The notes beneath the pieces were generated by a model that was not told the DNA's origin, searched no databases, and worked only from the letters and a program-made list of their open reading frames with translations. From NCBI GenBank assembly GCA_043228905.1, contig JBHGNT010000002.1:2170001-2234000 (forward strand): a stretch of DNA of 64,000 nucleotides, read 5' to 3'. The DNA comes from Azolla caroliniana (Eukaryota; Plantae; Polypodiophyta). Every line of letters begins with the position of its first letter. Position 1 is the first letter of the stretch. Below, piece after piece: positions 45,028-57,379 of the stretch. A program made the position numbers and the translations under genes.

Positions 45028-48000
45028 TGTCGTGAAGTACGAAAGCTTCACATTAAAAGTCTACAATAAGATAAATACGTAACTAAAATAACATTTGATA
45101 ATGTTTTATATATAAAGATAATATTAACAACACATATGATAATATTATATATATGTAAAGAAAAATAATATATATATATATATAGATAGGAAAATATATT
45201 ATATTACACGAACAAGAGAGGACTTGAACCAATAACCCCACCCTATGACTTTCAAATCTTACCATTTACTCTATACTAATAATATATATAAAATAAAGGA
45301 TTCGCTTCATGATATAAAAACAATGTTACATGTTGTAAATTCAATAGTATTTAAGAGACTCAAACCCACAACCTCATATACCAAAGTCAACACACCTACC
45401 ATTAGGCTAGATCCTTTATTTTTAAAATTATATTTTCATGTTTATTCTTATGCCATATATTTTTTCATACATGAAAGCTCAAATGAGTGAGATGCCTATC
45501 ATGCATCACATGTAATGCATGAACGCCAAATGGCGATCATGCATCACATGCATTTCATGCACTACATGCATGACTTGTACCCTCCAATGCATCATATGCA
45601 TGGGGGCACCTATTTAAATGGTGAAAGAGAAGATGAAAGGGGAGGGGTATGAGATATCAATCAAATATATATTACATAAGAGATACCATAAAATAGAGAA
45701 AGAAAGGAAGAAGTTCAACATAAAGGTGGAGCTCTAGCTTGGCGATCGTGGTGGTCAACTCTCAACAAGAGGGATGCGGTTCGAGCCTTATCTTCATCAA
45801 AATATTGAAGTTAAGATTGTTGTGGCCTACTATCAAGAAAGAGAAGAGCGATTATCTTGTGAGACCAAGTTCGAAGGATCAACGACGCTTACAACCACTT
45901 TTGTAACTCTTTCATAAAAAATAATAATTATAAATCTCTTTTATTCCTTCAAATATCATTCAATATCCTATCTTGTCATATCTTGTTGATCTCTATTTAC
46001 TTTATCTCTACTCATTCGTCTCTTCCGTCCATAATCCAAGTGATTCCTTCCTCACTTTCATGATATCTTTTGTCTACGCAACACTACGCTTCTAGGCAAG
46101 CCACGCCACGACACAATTTGGTGAACCTGACGTGAAACGGGGAAGTAGAAGAGACATCTAAAGTAAAGATCAACATCAACATGACAAGTACGAGTACAAT
46201 GGATCCGGTAATGTTGTTTATTGAAAAGTTGAATCAAGATCGATTATTTCATGCCTTACGAGAAGTCCAAGAGAAGATTGGTATGTTTGATGGCACAAAT
46301 ATTTCGAAGTATGTGAATATATATTATGATGAAATGGAAATGTTTGGTATAAATGATGTCAATATGATAGCAAACTTTTATAAATTAGTGGACATGGAAT
46401 TAAGAGATAGAATTCATGAAATACAAGCATTGCATAGTTTGGATTGGAATGCATTCAAAGAAGCACTTGTGTCTGAATATGCTCGTGAGGATTTCTCTCG
46501 AGTTACTATGCGTTCATTTCATGAATGGATCTTAAATAAAGATAAAGGGTTATCTGTGCCTGGCACAAAAAAAGAGTTTGATAGGATGTATGGACACTTA
46601 AAGCCAGAAGAAAGAAATTCTTTGTCTTGGCAAAAGGTTGCTTTATTTTTGCAGGCAGTTGACATTGAGAGATATAGAAAAGAATTGGAATTCATGCTTG
46701 AAGTACCAAATACTGAGGATGGTATAACTGCAGATTGGAATGAGGTAACAAATGCTTGTAATAAATTTATGAAAAGAATGCAAAGGAATGGTGCAATGCT
46801 ACAAATAACACATGTGGGAATCACAAATCGGCTTGAGCAAAACATCGAAGTTCAAAGACTTGGTCGAGAACCATCACACGAAATGGTCCATCAACCACGA
46901 GAAATGATCGAAACTAAGAGTGAGTCTTTGCTTGATGATTTAGTTCAAAGTATGAAAGATCTAACAATTAAAGTGGCAAAGCTTGAGAATGGTCATACTT
47001 CGAGGTCAAGGGAACCATTTTGACCTCGATGCATGTGGTGTGATAGTCTCGAACATCGATTACGTGATTGTGCGGAATATAAAGACATGGAAAATCGAGA
47101 CTTGGTGTATTGGAAAAATGGTAACATTTATTTAACTGAAACTAGAAGTCCACTTACAAAGAACTTTGGTGATTGTGGTGTTAAGGTTAAATTTGAAGAA
47201 GCTGAAGCAAAGAAAGCTTCCGCAATGTACTACTCAGCAACAACAGGAATGCGCCTCGATGACATGCCATCCCGATCATCATTCTGGGAGAAGGTTGTAA
47301 GTACCGCACAAAAGCTAAAGATGAAGATGGAAGAACTTCATGTTGCTAGAGATTCTGTAAGGAAAAACACTAGATGAGATGTTCCAGTAGATGCTATGAC
47401 GGTCTATGCTCAGATGGCAGAACACCAAGAGCATGAGGTGATAGTGGAAGAAAAAAGGAAAAAGATGGATGATGAGATTGACTCAACAAAAAAGCATGAG
47501 ACAAGAGAAAGCAAAAGAAAAGAGATGGACGCAAAGGTCGAAAAAGGTAAATCTGGTCCTTCATTCAAATTAATGTCTGATATTGAAAAAGATACAGATT
47601 TAAAGAAAGTTTTAGAAACAAGAATACTAGACAGTCGAGTAGAATTTACACTAAAAGAAGTGTTATGTATTGCAAAAAAGGAATTTCATGATGAAATAAT
47701 TGATATTGTGCGAAGAAAGAAGCAAGTAAATGAGCAGGTTAAAGAGACAAATCCGAAGGTGGCATATGAAGTGGTGAGCAACGAGTCAAACAATATCGTT
47801 GTTGACTCAACATGCATCAACCTCAATGATAAATTCAACAGATGTAAGAAGCCATTACTCTCGCAAATGTTGGGCAAGAGCCACTACTGAGCATCATGTG
47901 AAGATTGAAAATGTTCCAGACCCTGTGATGGCACTTATTGATCATGGTTCTGAAATAAATATAACGAGTGCTGATTTTTACAGGAAAGGTAGATGGCCAA

Positions 48001-48845
48001 TTGATACTCAACATGGTTGGCAAGTAAAAGTTGTCACATTAGTCACGAAAGATTTATTTGGTGCATGCCCAAATGTAAAGGTTACTATTGGTGATATAGA
48101 GGTAGATCAACATTTCTTTGTGCAGGAAGGATCTACCAATCCAATAATCCTGGGGCAACCATACATTACAGCGGTACGGATGGAGACCAAAGTCCTCGAC
48201 AATGGTTCTGCCTATGCGAAAATCCGTAGCCAAGATGGACGACGAACTGTACAATTTATGACAATTCGCCCAAATCATGAGAGGAACAAGCAAGAGCTTC
48301 GTGATCATTCAATACCAAAAGACTGTGATGATTTTGATAATCAGGTTTTTGACTAGGACTATTGCGAGTGAGGGTTGCAATAGTCCCATTATTAAAAGAC
48401 CCTCATATAGGGCATTACAACATATGAATAAGTCATTTCATGTTTCTGAAAGTGGTGCTATATGTGTGACTAGGATGTATGAATGCAAGAGGAACTTGAA
48501 AAAGAATGCTAATCTGTTTCAGCAGGCATTGAAGGATAATGGAGTACTTGAAATGGAAGAGCAGATTGAAAGTGTTATGGAAGAAATTTCTTTTGCAAAT
48601 ACTTTAGAAGAGTTAGAAATGTATTTGAAAGAAGATGATGAGAATGTTAGAAAGATACATGTAAACTCAATTGATATGTATTATGAGATTGATAGGTATA
48701 ATTGTAAATATGAAGAAGTAGAAAGTTTATGTAATACAAAATACAAAACAATAGATAAAAAGGTCAAACCTGCTGCAGTACCATTACCTATTGGTAGTGA
48801 AGAGAAGATGGAGGCAACAGCAACCGAGCCTATGCTTCGACCAAT
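45028..48845 (+). mobile_element. 3'-truncated Ty3/gypsy retrotransposon (tRNA-Trp primed, Phygy-like tentative): 5' LTR, gag, protease
   Basis: LTR 45028-46113 (TGTCGTG...CACGACA). PBS TGGTGAACCTGACGTGA at 46119-46135. gag from 46181 with zinc knuckle CMWCDSLEHRLRDC. Aspartic protease ALIDHGSEIN...IILGQPY. In-frame stops and frameshifts. Confidence 0.8.
46119..46135 (+). promoter_or_regulatory. Primer-binding site complementary to the tRNA-Trp 3' end
   Basis: TGGTGAACCTGACGTGA has one mismatch to the complement of the plant tRNA-Trp 3' end as I recall it (...UCACGUCGGGUUCACCA). Confidence 0.75.
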
Positions 48846-49363
48846 GCTTGAGAGAGCTCTGCTAGCCTCGACAAAGCCATAAAGATTATAGTCGACACAA
48901 CAGGCTGATTTAATGGAAAAAATGTCACAAGTTATTTGGAGGCCTATAAGGCCGAAATGCTCACGAGGGACATCTGTAAAGAAAGGTGACTGAATAACTT
49001 CGCAAAGGTCGTAGCACTGAGCATCCACGCCGAGGTGCTTGAGATACAAGCAGACTGCTGCTATTGGGGAGAGTTCGAGGAACGACTACTCGAAAGATAC
49101 GGCCTCAACGATTCACTCCGAATGTTGGAGAAAAATCTAATGGAGTGGGTTGAGCTTCCTAGCAAAGGAAGACACACTACGATGCTTCTACAAGAGTTCG
49201 AGAAGCGTTTCGCCGGAATCTTAGTGCTGGATAGGATGGTGCTTGAAATGAGCAAGGTGCTGTTGTTCCTAAAGGCGATCAACGCGAGATATCAAGAAAA
49301 GGTGTGTCTCCTCCTAGAAATAGACGACTAAAGAGAGTCAGCAGTTGCTTCGACAAGAGGCGC

Positions 49364-50154
49364 TGTCGTAGTGTATTTCGTACACTACGTGAAAAAGTAA
49401 AAATAATATAACTGATTTAATTACATATTAATAAATAAAATAAGAATATCAAAATATTTATCACGTGCATAGGGCAAGATTCAAACCTTGTACCTCCACG
49501 TAGCCAAACCTCAACTTTACCATTATGCTACCTTATCTTTAGTGTTCTACAAATAGATTTAATAACTATAAGTGCTTTATTTGCGCATACCTTTATTAAA
49601 AGGTAAATCATGCATTTTTAGAGTGCGTGAATATTTTATAGAAAAACGCAAGCAACTAAAAAGTGACTCATGCACATCTAGCATGCATGAGCACTATATT
49701 TAGCAAATAAAAGCAAGGATTAGAAAAGCATCACATGCACATTTAGTGTGCATGAACATATTAGAAAAAAAAGCATGTAGCTATGCTTAGTCTCTCCCAT
49801 CACTACATAAGGATGGGGAGCCCAATGTAATAGGTGTGTGAAATATTTGGAAATTGGATATATTTCCGAAAACACCAACCGATTAATATAATCGTGGGAT
49901 TCACGAAAATAATATAATCTATACTTGTGGGATTCACAAGTTTCTTATATCTTTCTTTCAATCTAAATACATATTCTTATCTAAATATTGATTAATTGAA
50001 TACAATACACTCGTGGGATTCACGAAATTTCTATCTCTCTTTCTAATAATCTATTCATTACTAGCCTCATCTCATATTCTTCTTTCTCCTAGTCCAAAAC
50101 CCCAGTGGTTCCCACCCGACTCACGCAAACGATCTGGAGCCGAAAGGCACGACA
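49364..50154 (+). mobile_element. Solo LTR (791 bp)
   Basis: Ends TGTCGT...ACGACA with 4-bp TSD gcgc/acgc. Removing it restores the host gag frame. Confidence 0.75.
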
Positions 50155-51200
50155 ACGCGAATGGAACGACAAGAGTTTGTCGAGCAACTAGGCCTTCATT
50201 ACCAAATCAATGGAGGCTCTCACCTGGGCCGAATAGACGAGAGGGCAGACAAGCACATGCCCGATAACCCTGAAAAACGTAGTGGAAGGGTTGTTTGGTA
50301 AAGGACCTCCAGATAGCACAAGCTCGAAGAGACAACGGGGACCCTCCTCGAGACCAACATCCTTCGTTTGTATAGAAGTGCATATGGTGCGACTGTCCCA
50401 ACCACGTACGAAGGGAGTGCACGGACATTTAAGAGGCCTTGAGAAGAAATGTCGTGGTGTACCTTTGGAACGGCCAAGTGCAGGCAAGCGAGACGTGATG
50501 GCCCCTTGAGTTGAATATGGGGCGAGGAAGAATGCAAAGGCTAATGGAGGAAGCCAAAGCACGACACATGAAGGCCATATGCTACTTGGCCTAGCCCAGG
50601 ATCTGAGTAAGAGGTAAACCAAGCCCTGATAAACGGAAGGGTGACAAATTTTGGTTGGTCGTCCTCGAAAGCTTCTCGGGTGTTGTCAGGAACGCTACCT
50701 AGGCGGAGAAGGAATTAGTACTAAAAGAAGGATTAGTACAATTGTTGAGAACAGTACTAAGACAGAGAAGGATTAGTACTATGAGAGGTGTAGAACGTTG
50801 AGAGAAGGAACGAGTGAGAGGGAGAGAGAGAGAGAGAGAGAGAGAATGATGATACGAAGGATATATGTATTAGGTGAAGGAAAATATACAATAACAGCTA
50901 GAAGGCTTAAGACTGGCGTTGAACCGATTTGGTTCGAACTAATGCCTTGCGCCTCCTTTTATAGTGTCTTCAGGAATACTCCTGAAGTTTCTAGAATGTT
51001 CCAGAGAAATCTGGAATATACATCCATTTCCTAATAAAATATAAATGAAAATAAAGTTTCTAGAATGTTCCAGAGAAATCTGGAATATACATCCATTTCC
51101 TAATAAAATATAAATGAAAATAATATACTTCGAATTACAATGTATAATATAACGGTAAAGACTCGACCCATGTAACAACAGGTTATGGGTTCGAGTCTAG

Positions 51201-54200
51201 TTATGACACTATCCCCCCTTTAAAACGACGAGTTCCACGAGTCGTTTTAGATTGAGGACCCGGTTTCTCTGGATATCGACGATGGAAGTCTTCAAGAAGA
51301 GCATGAGCATTGGTCACGTTCTCGATCGGCTCCCAAGTACGCTCGCTGGGACTATACCCTAGCCAATCGACTAGATAGTAGAGCTTATTGCGAACAATCT
51401 TGGAATCAAGGATGGCAGCAACCTCATACTCAGGTCCATCTTCAAGCTCGATAGGAGGTGGAGGTTGTGTAATCCGTCCTGGGATAGTGCTCTCGTGATA
51501 AGGTTCAAGGAGGGAACTATGAAATACCGGATGTATCCGAAGTTGTGGAGGTAGATCGAGACGAAAAGCGACATCATTAATCTTTCCGATAATACGGAAA
51601 GGACCTAATCGCCGATAATCCAATTTTTCACATGGGCGAGTAGTCTTGATGTGTCGTCGTAGCAGCCACACCCGATCCCCAATGTTAAAACTGGATGGAA
51701 GTCGATGACGATCCGCGTAGTCCTTGTGTGATTGTTGAGCATGCTGGAGCTGAGTAGATAAATCTTCTTGTATCTTGCGTAATCGCTCCAAACGATCCTC
51801 CGCGCACGGATTTGTGGACACTTCTGGGACTTCAAGGACAGACCACCGGGGATGACATCCCGTATAAGCATAGAATGGCGTAACTTTAGTCGATGCGTGG
51901 ATAGCGTTATTATAGGCAAATTCGGCGAAGTGAAGAATATCTGCCCAGTCATCCTGATGATAGCTGAGAAAGCACCGCAGATACTGCTCCAATGTTTGAT
52001 TTGTTCGTTCGGCTTGACCGTCGGTTTGTGGGTGGTAGCCGGAGGAGAGGTTACAAGTCACCTTGAGCATCTTAAAAAGGTGCTTCCAGAATTTGGATAC
52101 AAACTGGGGTCCACGATCGCTAATGATACTATCGGGAAGTCCATGATGCCGACATACTTCCCGCATGACAATTTCGGCGGTGTCTTCACTAGATATTTCC
52201 TTAGTACATGGTAAGAAATGAGCCATCTTCGTATATCGATCCACCACTGTTAGAATCGCGTTGAACTCCTTAGAGACTGGAAGATCTGTGATGAAGTCGA
52301 GAGCAATGGATTGCCATGGCTTGCTTGGAATTGGTAATGGTTCTAATAAACCATATGGATGATGCCTTGGCATTTTCGCTCTGCAACAGGTGTCACAAGT
52401 CCGAACAAAATCTTTGACAAATTGTTGCATACGGGGCCACCAGAATGATCGTTGTACTAAATCTAATGTTTTAGTACTACCGAAATGTCCTGCTGTATAT
52501 GTGTCATGGCAGTTTTGTACTACTCGAAGGCGGCAAGAACCATTAGGAACATACAAAAGTTCTTTAAAGAAGAGTAATCCATCACAATATTTAAATTGCC
52601 GATAGTCAGTACCTGGTGGTTGTGACTGTGAACATGACGCTCGACAGGGGTCAATTTGTGCTAGTATAGCTTGGGCGAAGGCGTCAGTCTTCAAGTCCTC
52701 ACGTATAGTATTGGTGACGTCAGAGTCCATGGGCATGTCAAAGACCTGTGCTCCTTGTAGTCGTGCTGGTCCCAAGATTACTTGCTTCTGGTTATCGAAA
52801 GCTGGCTCCCCGGGACGTGGTGTTAGATACGAACGTCGTGATAATGCATCTGCCTTCCCTTGGTGCTTCCCCGGACGATATGTAATTTTGAAGTCGAAGC
52901 GTGTGAGGAAGTGGGCCCATCGAGCTTGACGTCGATTCAGTACACGAGCATCTTGAAAGTAGGCAAGGTTCTTGTGGTCACTGAATACAGTGACTTGATG
53001 AGGAGATCCCTCGAGAAAATGCCTCCACTGTATAAAAGAATCAACTATTGCCAATAGCTCTTTATCGTGAATTTCGTAGTTGATTTCGGCGGCGTCAAAC
53101 TTACGGGAGTGGAAAGCCACAGGATGCAGCTTCTCGTCATTACCCTGTTGTGACAAAATGCTCCCCAATGCGAAATCAGATGCGTCAGCTTCGATAATGA
53201 ATGGTTGTTCCGGATCCACATGACCTAGAATTGGAGCTGATGTGAACGCCTTCTTAAGACTCTCGAAAGCCATGTCCGTTTCTTTAGACCAGATAAATGA
53301 TTGTCCTTTCCTGGTGAGCTGTGTGAGAGGCAGAACTATTTTTGAGTAGTCTTGTATGAACTTCCGGTAAAAATTTGCAAAGCCTAGGAAGCACTGCACA
53401 TCCCGCACCGAACGCGGAGTTTGCCATTCTACCACCGTTTTGACCTTAGCTGGGTCCATAGAGATGCCTTCTGAGGAGATGACATATCCGAGAAATTCCA
53501 CCTGGTTGCACCCGAAACTACATTTCTCTAGCTTTGCATATAGCCCATGTTCTCGAAGTCGTTTTAGTACTAATAGTACATGAGAATCATGTTCTTCTTG
53601 GGTCTTTGAATAAACCAGTAGATCATCTAAATAGATGATCAGAAAATCATCCAATAGATCTCGAAATATATCATTCGCCATGTGCTGGAAGACTGCTGGC
53701 GCATTAGTGAGTCCGAACGGCATGACCGTATACTCGAAGTGCCCATATCTGGTGCGAAACGCGGTCTTCCATTCATCTCCTGGTCGGATTCGTACGAGGT
53801 TATAGGCTCCTCATAAATCGATCTTCGTGAAGAACCTGGCACCATTGATTCGTTCTAAAAGACTTGAGATAAGGGGAAGAGCATACCTATTTCTTATTGT
53901 AACCTTATTCAAGCCACGGTAATCTACAACAAGTCGAAGCGAGCCATCTTTTTTCTTGACGAAGAAAATGGGTGCGCCGGCTGGAGATTTCGAATGCCGA
54001 ATGAAACCGTTCTCCAAATTCTCCTCTATATAGGCTCGAAGGACTTCTAGCTCGGTTGGTGACAAATTGTAGATCGGCCCCCATGGCGGCTCTTTTCCCG
54101 GTTGTAAGTCGATGGCGCAATCGTACGGCCGATGATGAGGAAGTGTGTTGGCTTGTACTTTATCGAACACATCAGCGTACTGACGATACTTCTCGGGGAG

Positions 54201-54788
54201 TTGAACAGTACTGTCTTCTTTAGTGGTGATGGAGGGGTTTACTGATATTGCGAAAAGGAACATCTCCTCCTTGCGCCCTTCTTCACGCAACTGATGTAGC
54301 GAAATGGTTGCCATTGTCTTTTGGGTTTGTCGACACCGGATTGCCCTTGTTCTCCAATCTATGTTTGGATTGTGTAATTCGAACCATGGTAATCCTAAAA
54401 CTATGGGATGTTCTGGGATACTAATAATATTAAACGACACTACACATGCTAAGTTATCTAGGACAATATTAACAGGTTCTGACTCTTCTATGATATTCCC
54501 AGAAGCAATGGGACGACCATCAATGACTACTACTAAGGCTGGACACGGGAGCTTACTGAGGGATATCTGATGGGCTTGGGCAAAATTCCTATCCATAAAG
54601 CAAGAATTAGCTCCGGAATCTAGAAGTGCTAAGGTATGTACTGGAGGGGTACTTTTAGTACTAACTGCTACTTGGGCTACGAACACATCACTAACTTGCT
54701 TAGAGGGAATGGAACCACTAATGGGCTGCACAGATCTAGGGCTGTCCAACCAAACGGCTCCTATTTTGGCTGGACTTAATAGTTTAAC
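51201..54788 (-). pseudogene. pol: Chromovirus Pol (protease, RT, RNase H, integrase, chromodomain) with one in-frame TGA at 53813-53811
   Basis: LLDSGA; KIDL*GAYNLVRIRPGDEWKTAF; YLDD; EADASD...HDKELLAI...DHKNL; HHCC, DDE and GPF motifs; chromodomain EYEVAAILD...YLVDWLGY...TWEP. ORFs 54749-53811 and 53723-51201 are in the same frame. Confidence 0.92.
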
Positions 54789-55966
54789 TCTTCTTCTAAC
54801 TGACTAAGGACATCAAATTTGTTGACTAAATTTGGACTATAAGTACTATTAGAACTTTCATGCATACCTAGGGAAGTAGACTCAGTTTTAGTATTATTAA
54901 GACTATCAGACACACCTAGGGAAACAGACTCGGGTTTAGTACTATTAGTACAGGCAATTATTTGGTTTACCTGTCTTTTTGGTCTATTGGGACAGTTTAC
55001 TGCAATATGCCCTGGTCCCCCGCAATACAAACATAGTCGATGTGCCCTGCGTCGCTGCTTTTCTTCTTCCGATAGTGGTCCGCGACGACGTGTGGTGTCG
55101 ATCTCCATTGGAGTCGGAGTATTCGTTGGAGATGTACTGAAGGACTCCCTTGAAAAAGGCTTTGCTACGATTGAAGCATAGGTAGGCTCCGATCTTGTCC
55201 TTGGCATTTGGAACTGACGTTCCGAGCGTCGTTCGAAGAGGCGGTTATCGCATCGCACCGCACGACTGATTGCTTCGGTCAATGATTTTGGCTCTTCGGG
55301 GAAAGTTAAGAGTAGATCTTTAACATCATTCCGTAGGCCAAAGCGAAATTGTTCCATCAATGCCTGGTCATCCCAGGGAATATCGCTGGCAAGAAGACGG
55401 AAGTCCGCAGCATAAGCTGAGGCCGGCCGCTCACCTTGGCGCAATCTCCGGATTTTGTTGATGGCGGTTCTGACACTGTCAGTATCTCCGAAACAGGATT
55501 TAAACTCGCTCATAAACTCTTCAAAATTATTTAACATGGGAGAGTTTTTCTCTAACAGAGGGGCGAACCATGCCAAAGCCGTGCCACTAAGTAGAGTGCC
55601 AACTAGTCCCACTCGGGATGCATCGGTGGGATATCGAGAAGGATGCATTTGGATCACTAGACGTACCTGGTTGAGGAATCCTCTAAACTGTGATCTGGTC
55701 CCATCAAATTTTGTAGGGAGACCGATCTTGGGTTCTCTGTGAATCCCTTGATTACCTGATCCTTGTTGTTGGAGTGATATAATGGTCGCTTCGAGTTGTT
55801 GTACCCGTAGCGTCAGCTCCCCATGTTGTTGCTGTTTTTCCAGCGCCGTTTGTTGAAGATCCCCCAACAGGCGGTGATTTTCTTGTTCAAGCGCTAAAAA
55901 TTTCTCCTTTAAGGACTGGAGCTCCGAGAAAACAGATTGGTATTCTTGAGCGCTAACAGTTTCCAT
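54776..55966 (-). CDS. gag: Chromovirus Gag (N-terminal coiled coil, retrotransposon capsid, CCHC knuckle)
   Basis: Likely ATG at 55966 (METVSAQEY). Motifs [33 protein letters not shown] and [14 protein letters not shown]. Confidence 0.9.
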   Translation of the reverse strand: METVSAQEYQSVFSELQSLKEKFLALEQENHRLLGDLQQTALEKQQQHGELTLRVQQLEATIISLQQQGSGNQGIHREPKIGLPTKFDGTRSQFRGFLNQVRLVIQMHPSRYPTDASRVGLVGTLLSGTALAWFAPLLEKNSPMLNNFEEFMSEFKSCFGDTDSVRTAINKIRRLRQGERPASAYAADFRLLASDIPWDDQALMEQFRFGLRNDVKDLLLTFPEEPKSLTEAISRAVRCDNRLFERRSERQFQMPRTRSEPTYASIVAKPFSRESFSTSPTNTPTPMEIDTTRRRGPLSEEEKQRRRAHRLCLYCGGPGHIAVNCPNRPKRQVNQIIACTNSTKPESVSLGVSDSLNNTKTESTSLGMHESSNSTYSPNLVNKFDVLSQLEEELNY

Positions 55967-57379
55967 TTTGATAGGGAGAATAAGGGTATTAGTATGAAGA
56001 GAAGGAGGATAAAAGGGAAGGAAGAGGGAGAGAAAGACCAGATGGAAAAATCGGTTCAAACTGTCAGGAACGCTACCTAGGCGGAGAAGGAATTAGTACT
56101 AAAAGAAGGATTAGTACAATTGTTGAGAACAGTACTAAGACAGAGAAGGATTAGTACTATGAGAGGTGTAGAACGTTGAGAGAAGGAACGAGTGAGAGGG
56201 AGAGAGAGAGAGAGAGAGAGAGAGAATGATGATACGAAGGATATATGTATTAGGTGAAGGAAAATATACAATAACAGCTAGAAGGCTTAAGACTGGCGTT
56301 GAACCGATTTGGTTCGAACTAATGCCTTGCGCCTCCTTTTATAGTGTCTTCAGGAATACTCCTGAAGTTTCTAGAATGTTCCAGAGAAATCTGGAATATA
56401 CATCCATTTCCTAATAAAATATAAATGAAAATAAAGTTTCTAGAATGTTCCAGAGAAATCTGGAATATACATCCATTTCCTAATAAAATATAAATGAAAA
56501 TAATATACTTCGAATTACAATGTATAATATAACGGTAAAGACTCGACCCATGTAACAACAGGTTATGGGTTCGAGTCTAGTTATGACAGGTGTAAGGATC
56601 GAGAGAGGAGAAGCGGACCAGGTGGATAAGCGAGTTCAAGAAGCGATAGGATGGATTGACCCGACTGAAGAGAATGTTAGGAAACAAGTCCCTCCGGAAG
56701 GGAAGAGTAGGAGCCCATTTTCAAATGGATTCGGAGGAGAGACCGAATTCAGAGAGGAATCTGGAAGAGGACATATATGTAAATATGTTTTGATGCACCT
56801 ACTACAAGCCATATTTGTAAATAGCCCATACAGTGTATAAGTATAAATACACTTAGGGAAAATCATTATGGATGCGATGCATGTGTAGTTGCTGTTGGTT
56901 GTTTCCTTTGTAACTAGGGAGTGTGAGTAGGAGAGAGAGAGAGTGAGAGTTGTAACTCTGTTGTAACCATCACCAGATGAAGAGAAGCTCAAGGTTGTTG
57001 CCTTAGAGTCTCATGTGTATTTCCTCCTACCATATTGATATTGTTCGGAGTTTGTGGACTCCCGTGGTTTTTTCCCTCTCAGGGTTTTCTACGTTAAATC
57101 TTGTCTTTGTACTTCCATTTTTCGGTCTTCTATTTTCTATCATTTCGATCTTTGCAACCGCATACGCATGTGTGTTAACTAGTTGTGGCCGGTCGATCCT
57201 CTTCAAACTGGTATCAGAGCGAGATGGACGAACATCTTGGAGGAATGTTCAAACTAACTGGCTCCAAGTACTCAGTGTGGAAGTCAAAGATGTGTGATAT
57301 ATTGGTGTGCATATACCTTTGGCTGCCGGTGCAGTTCGGGGATGGAATGCTAGACAAAATTGATGCATCGACCTGGGAG

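Larger units (their letters stand above)
50684..56588 (-). mobile_element. Full-length, very young Ty3/gypsy chromovirus (Tcn1/Tf1-sushi-like)
   Basis: LTRs 56062-56588 (5') and 50684-51208 (3'), TG...CA, identical by eye except one GA unit. 5-bp TSD GGTGT. PPT AAGGGGGGATAG at 51220-51209. Order gag-PR-RT-RH-INT-chromodomain. Confidence 0.97.
48846..56665 (+). mobile_element. Second decayed Ty3/gypsy gag relic, split by two later insertions (own pieces ~48846-49363, 50155-50683, 56589-~56665)
   Basis: gag-like WGEFEERLLERY...KVLLFLKAIN. The frame FDKR|REWND rejoins across the solo LTR. Zinc knuckle CIWCDCPNHVRREC at ~50378. Confidence 0.6.

Noticed and set aside
48277-48356. Programmed frameshift after the Trp-primed element's protease
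   Set aside because: The ORF overlap is in the +1 frame within a copy that has other lesions, so it cannot be distinguished from decay.
51145-51198. Functional tRNA genes at the A/B-box modules (also ~18004, ~18135, 45220, 45356, 49477, 63279)
   Set aside because: I could not build an acceptor stem or anticodon arm for any of them, so they are reported as promoter-like modules, not tRNAs.
53811-53813. Programmed stop-codon readthrough in pol
   Set aside because: The stop lies inside a conserved RT motif at an Arg position, so a CGA>TGA mutation is more parsimonious.
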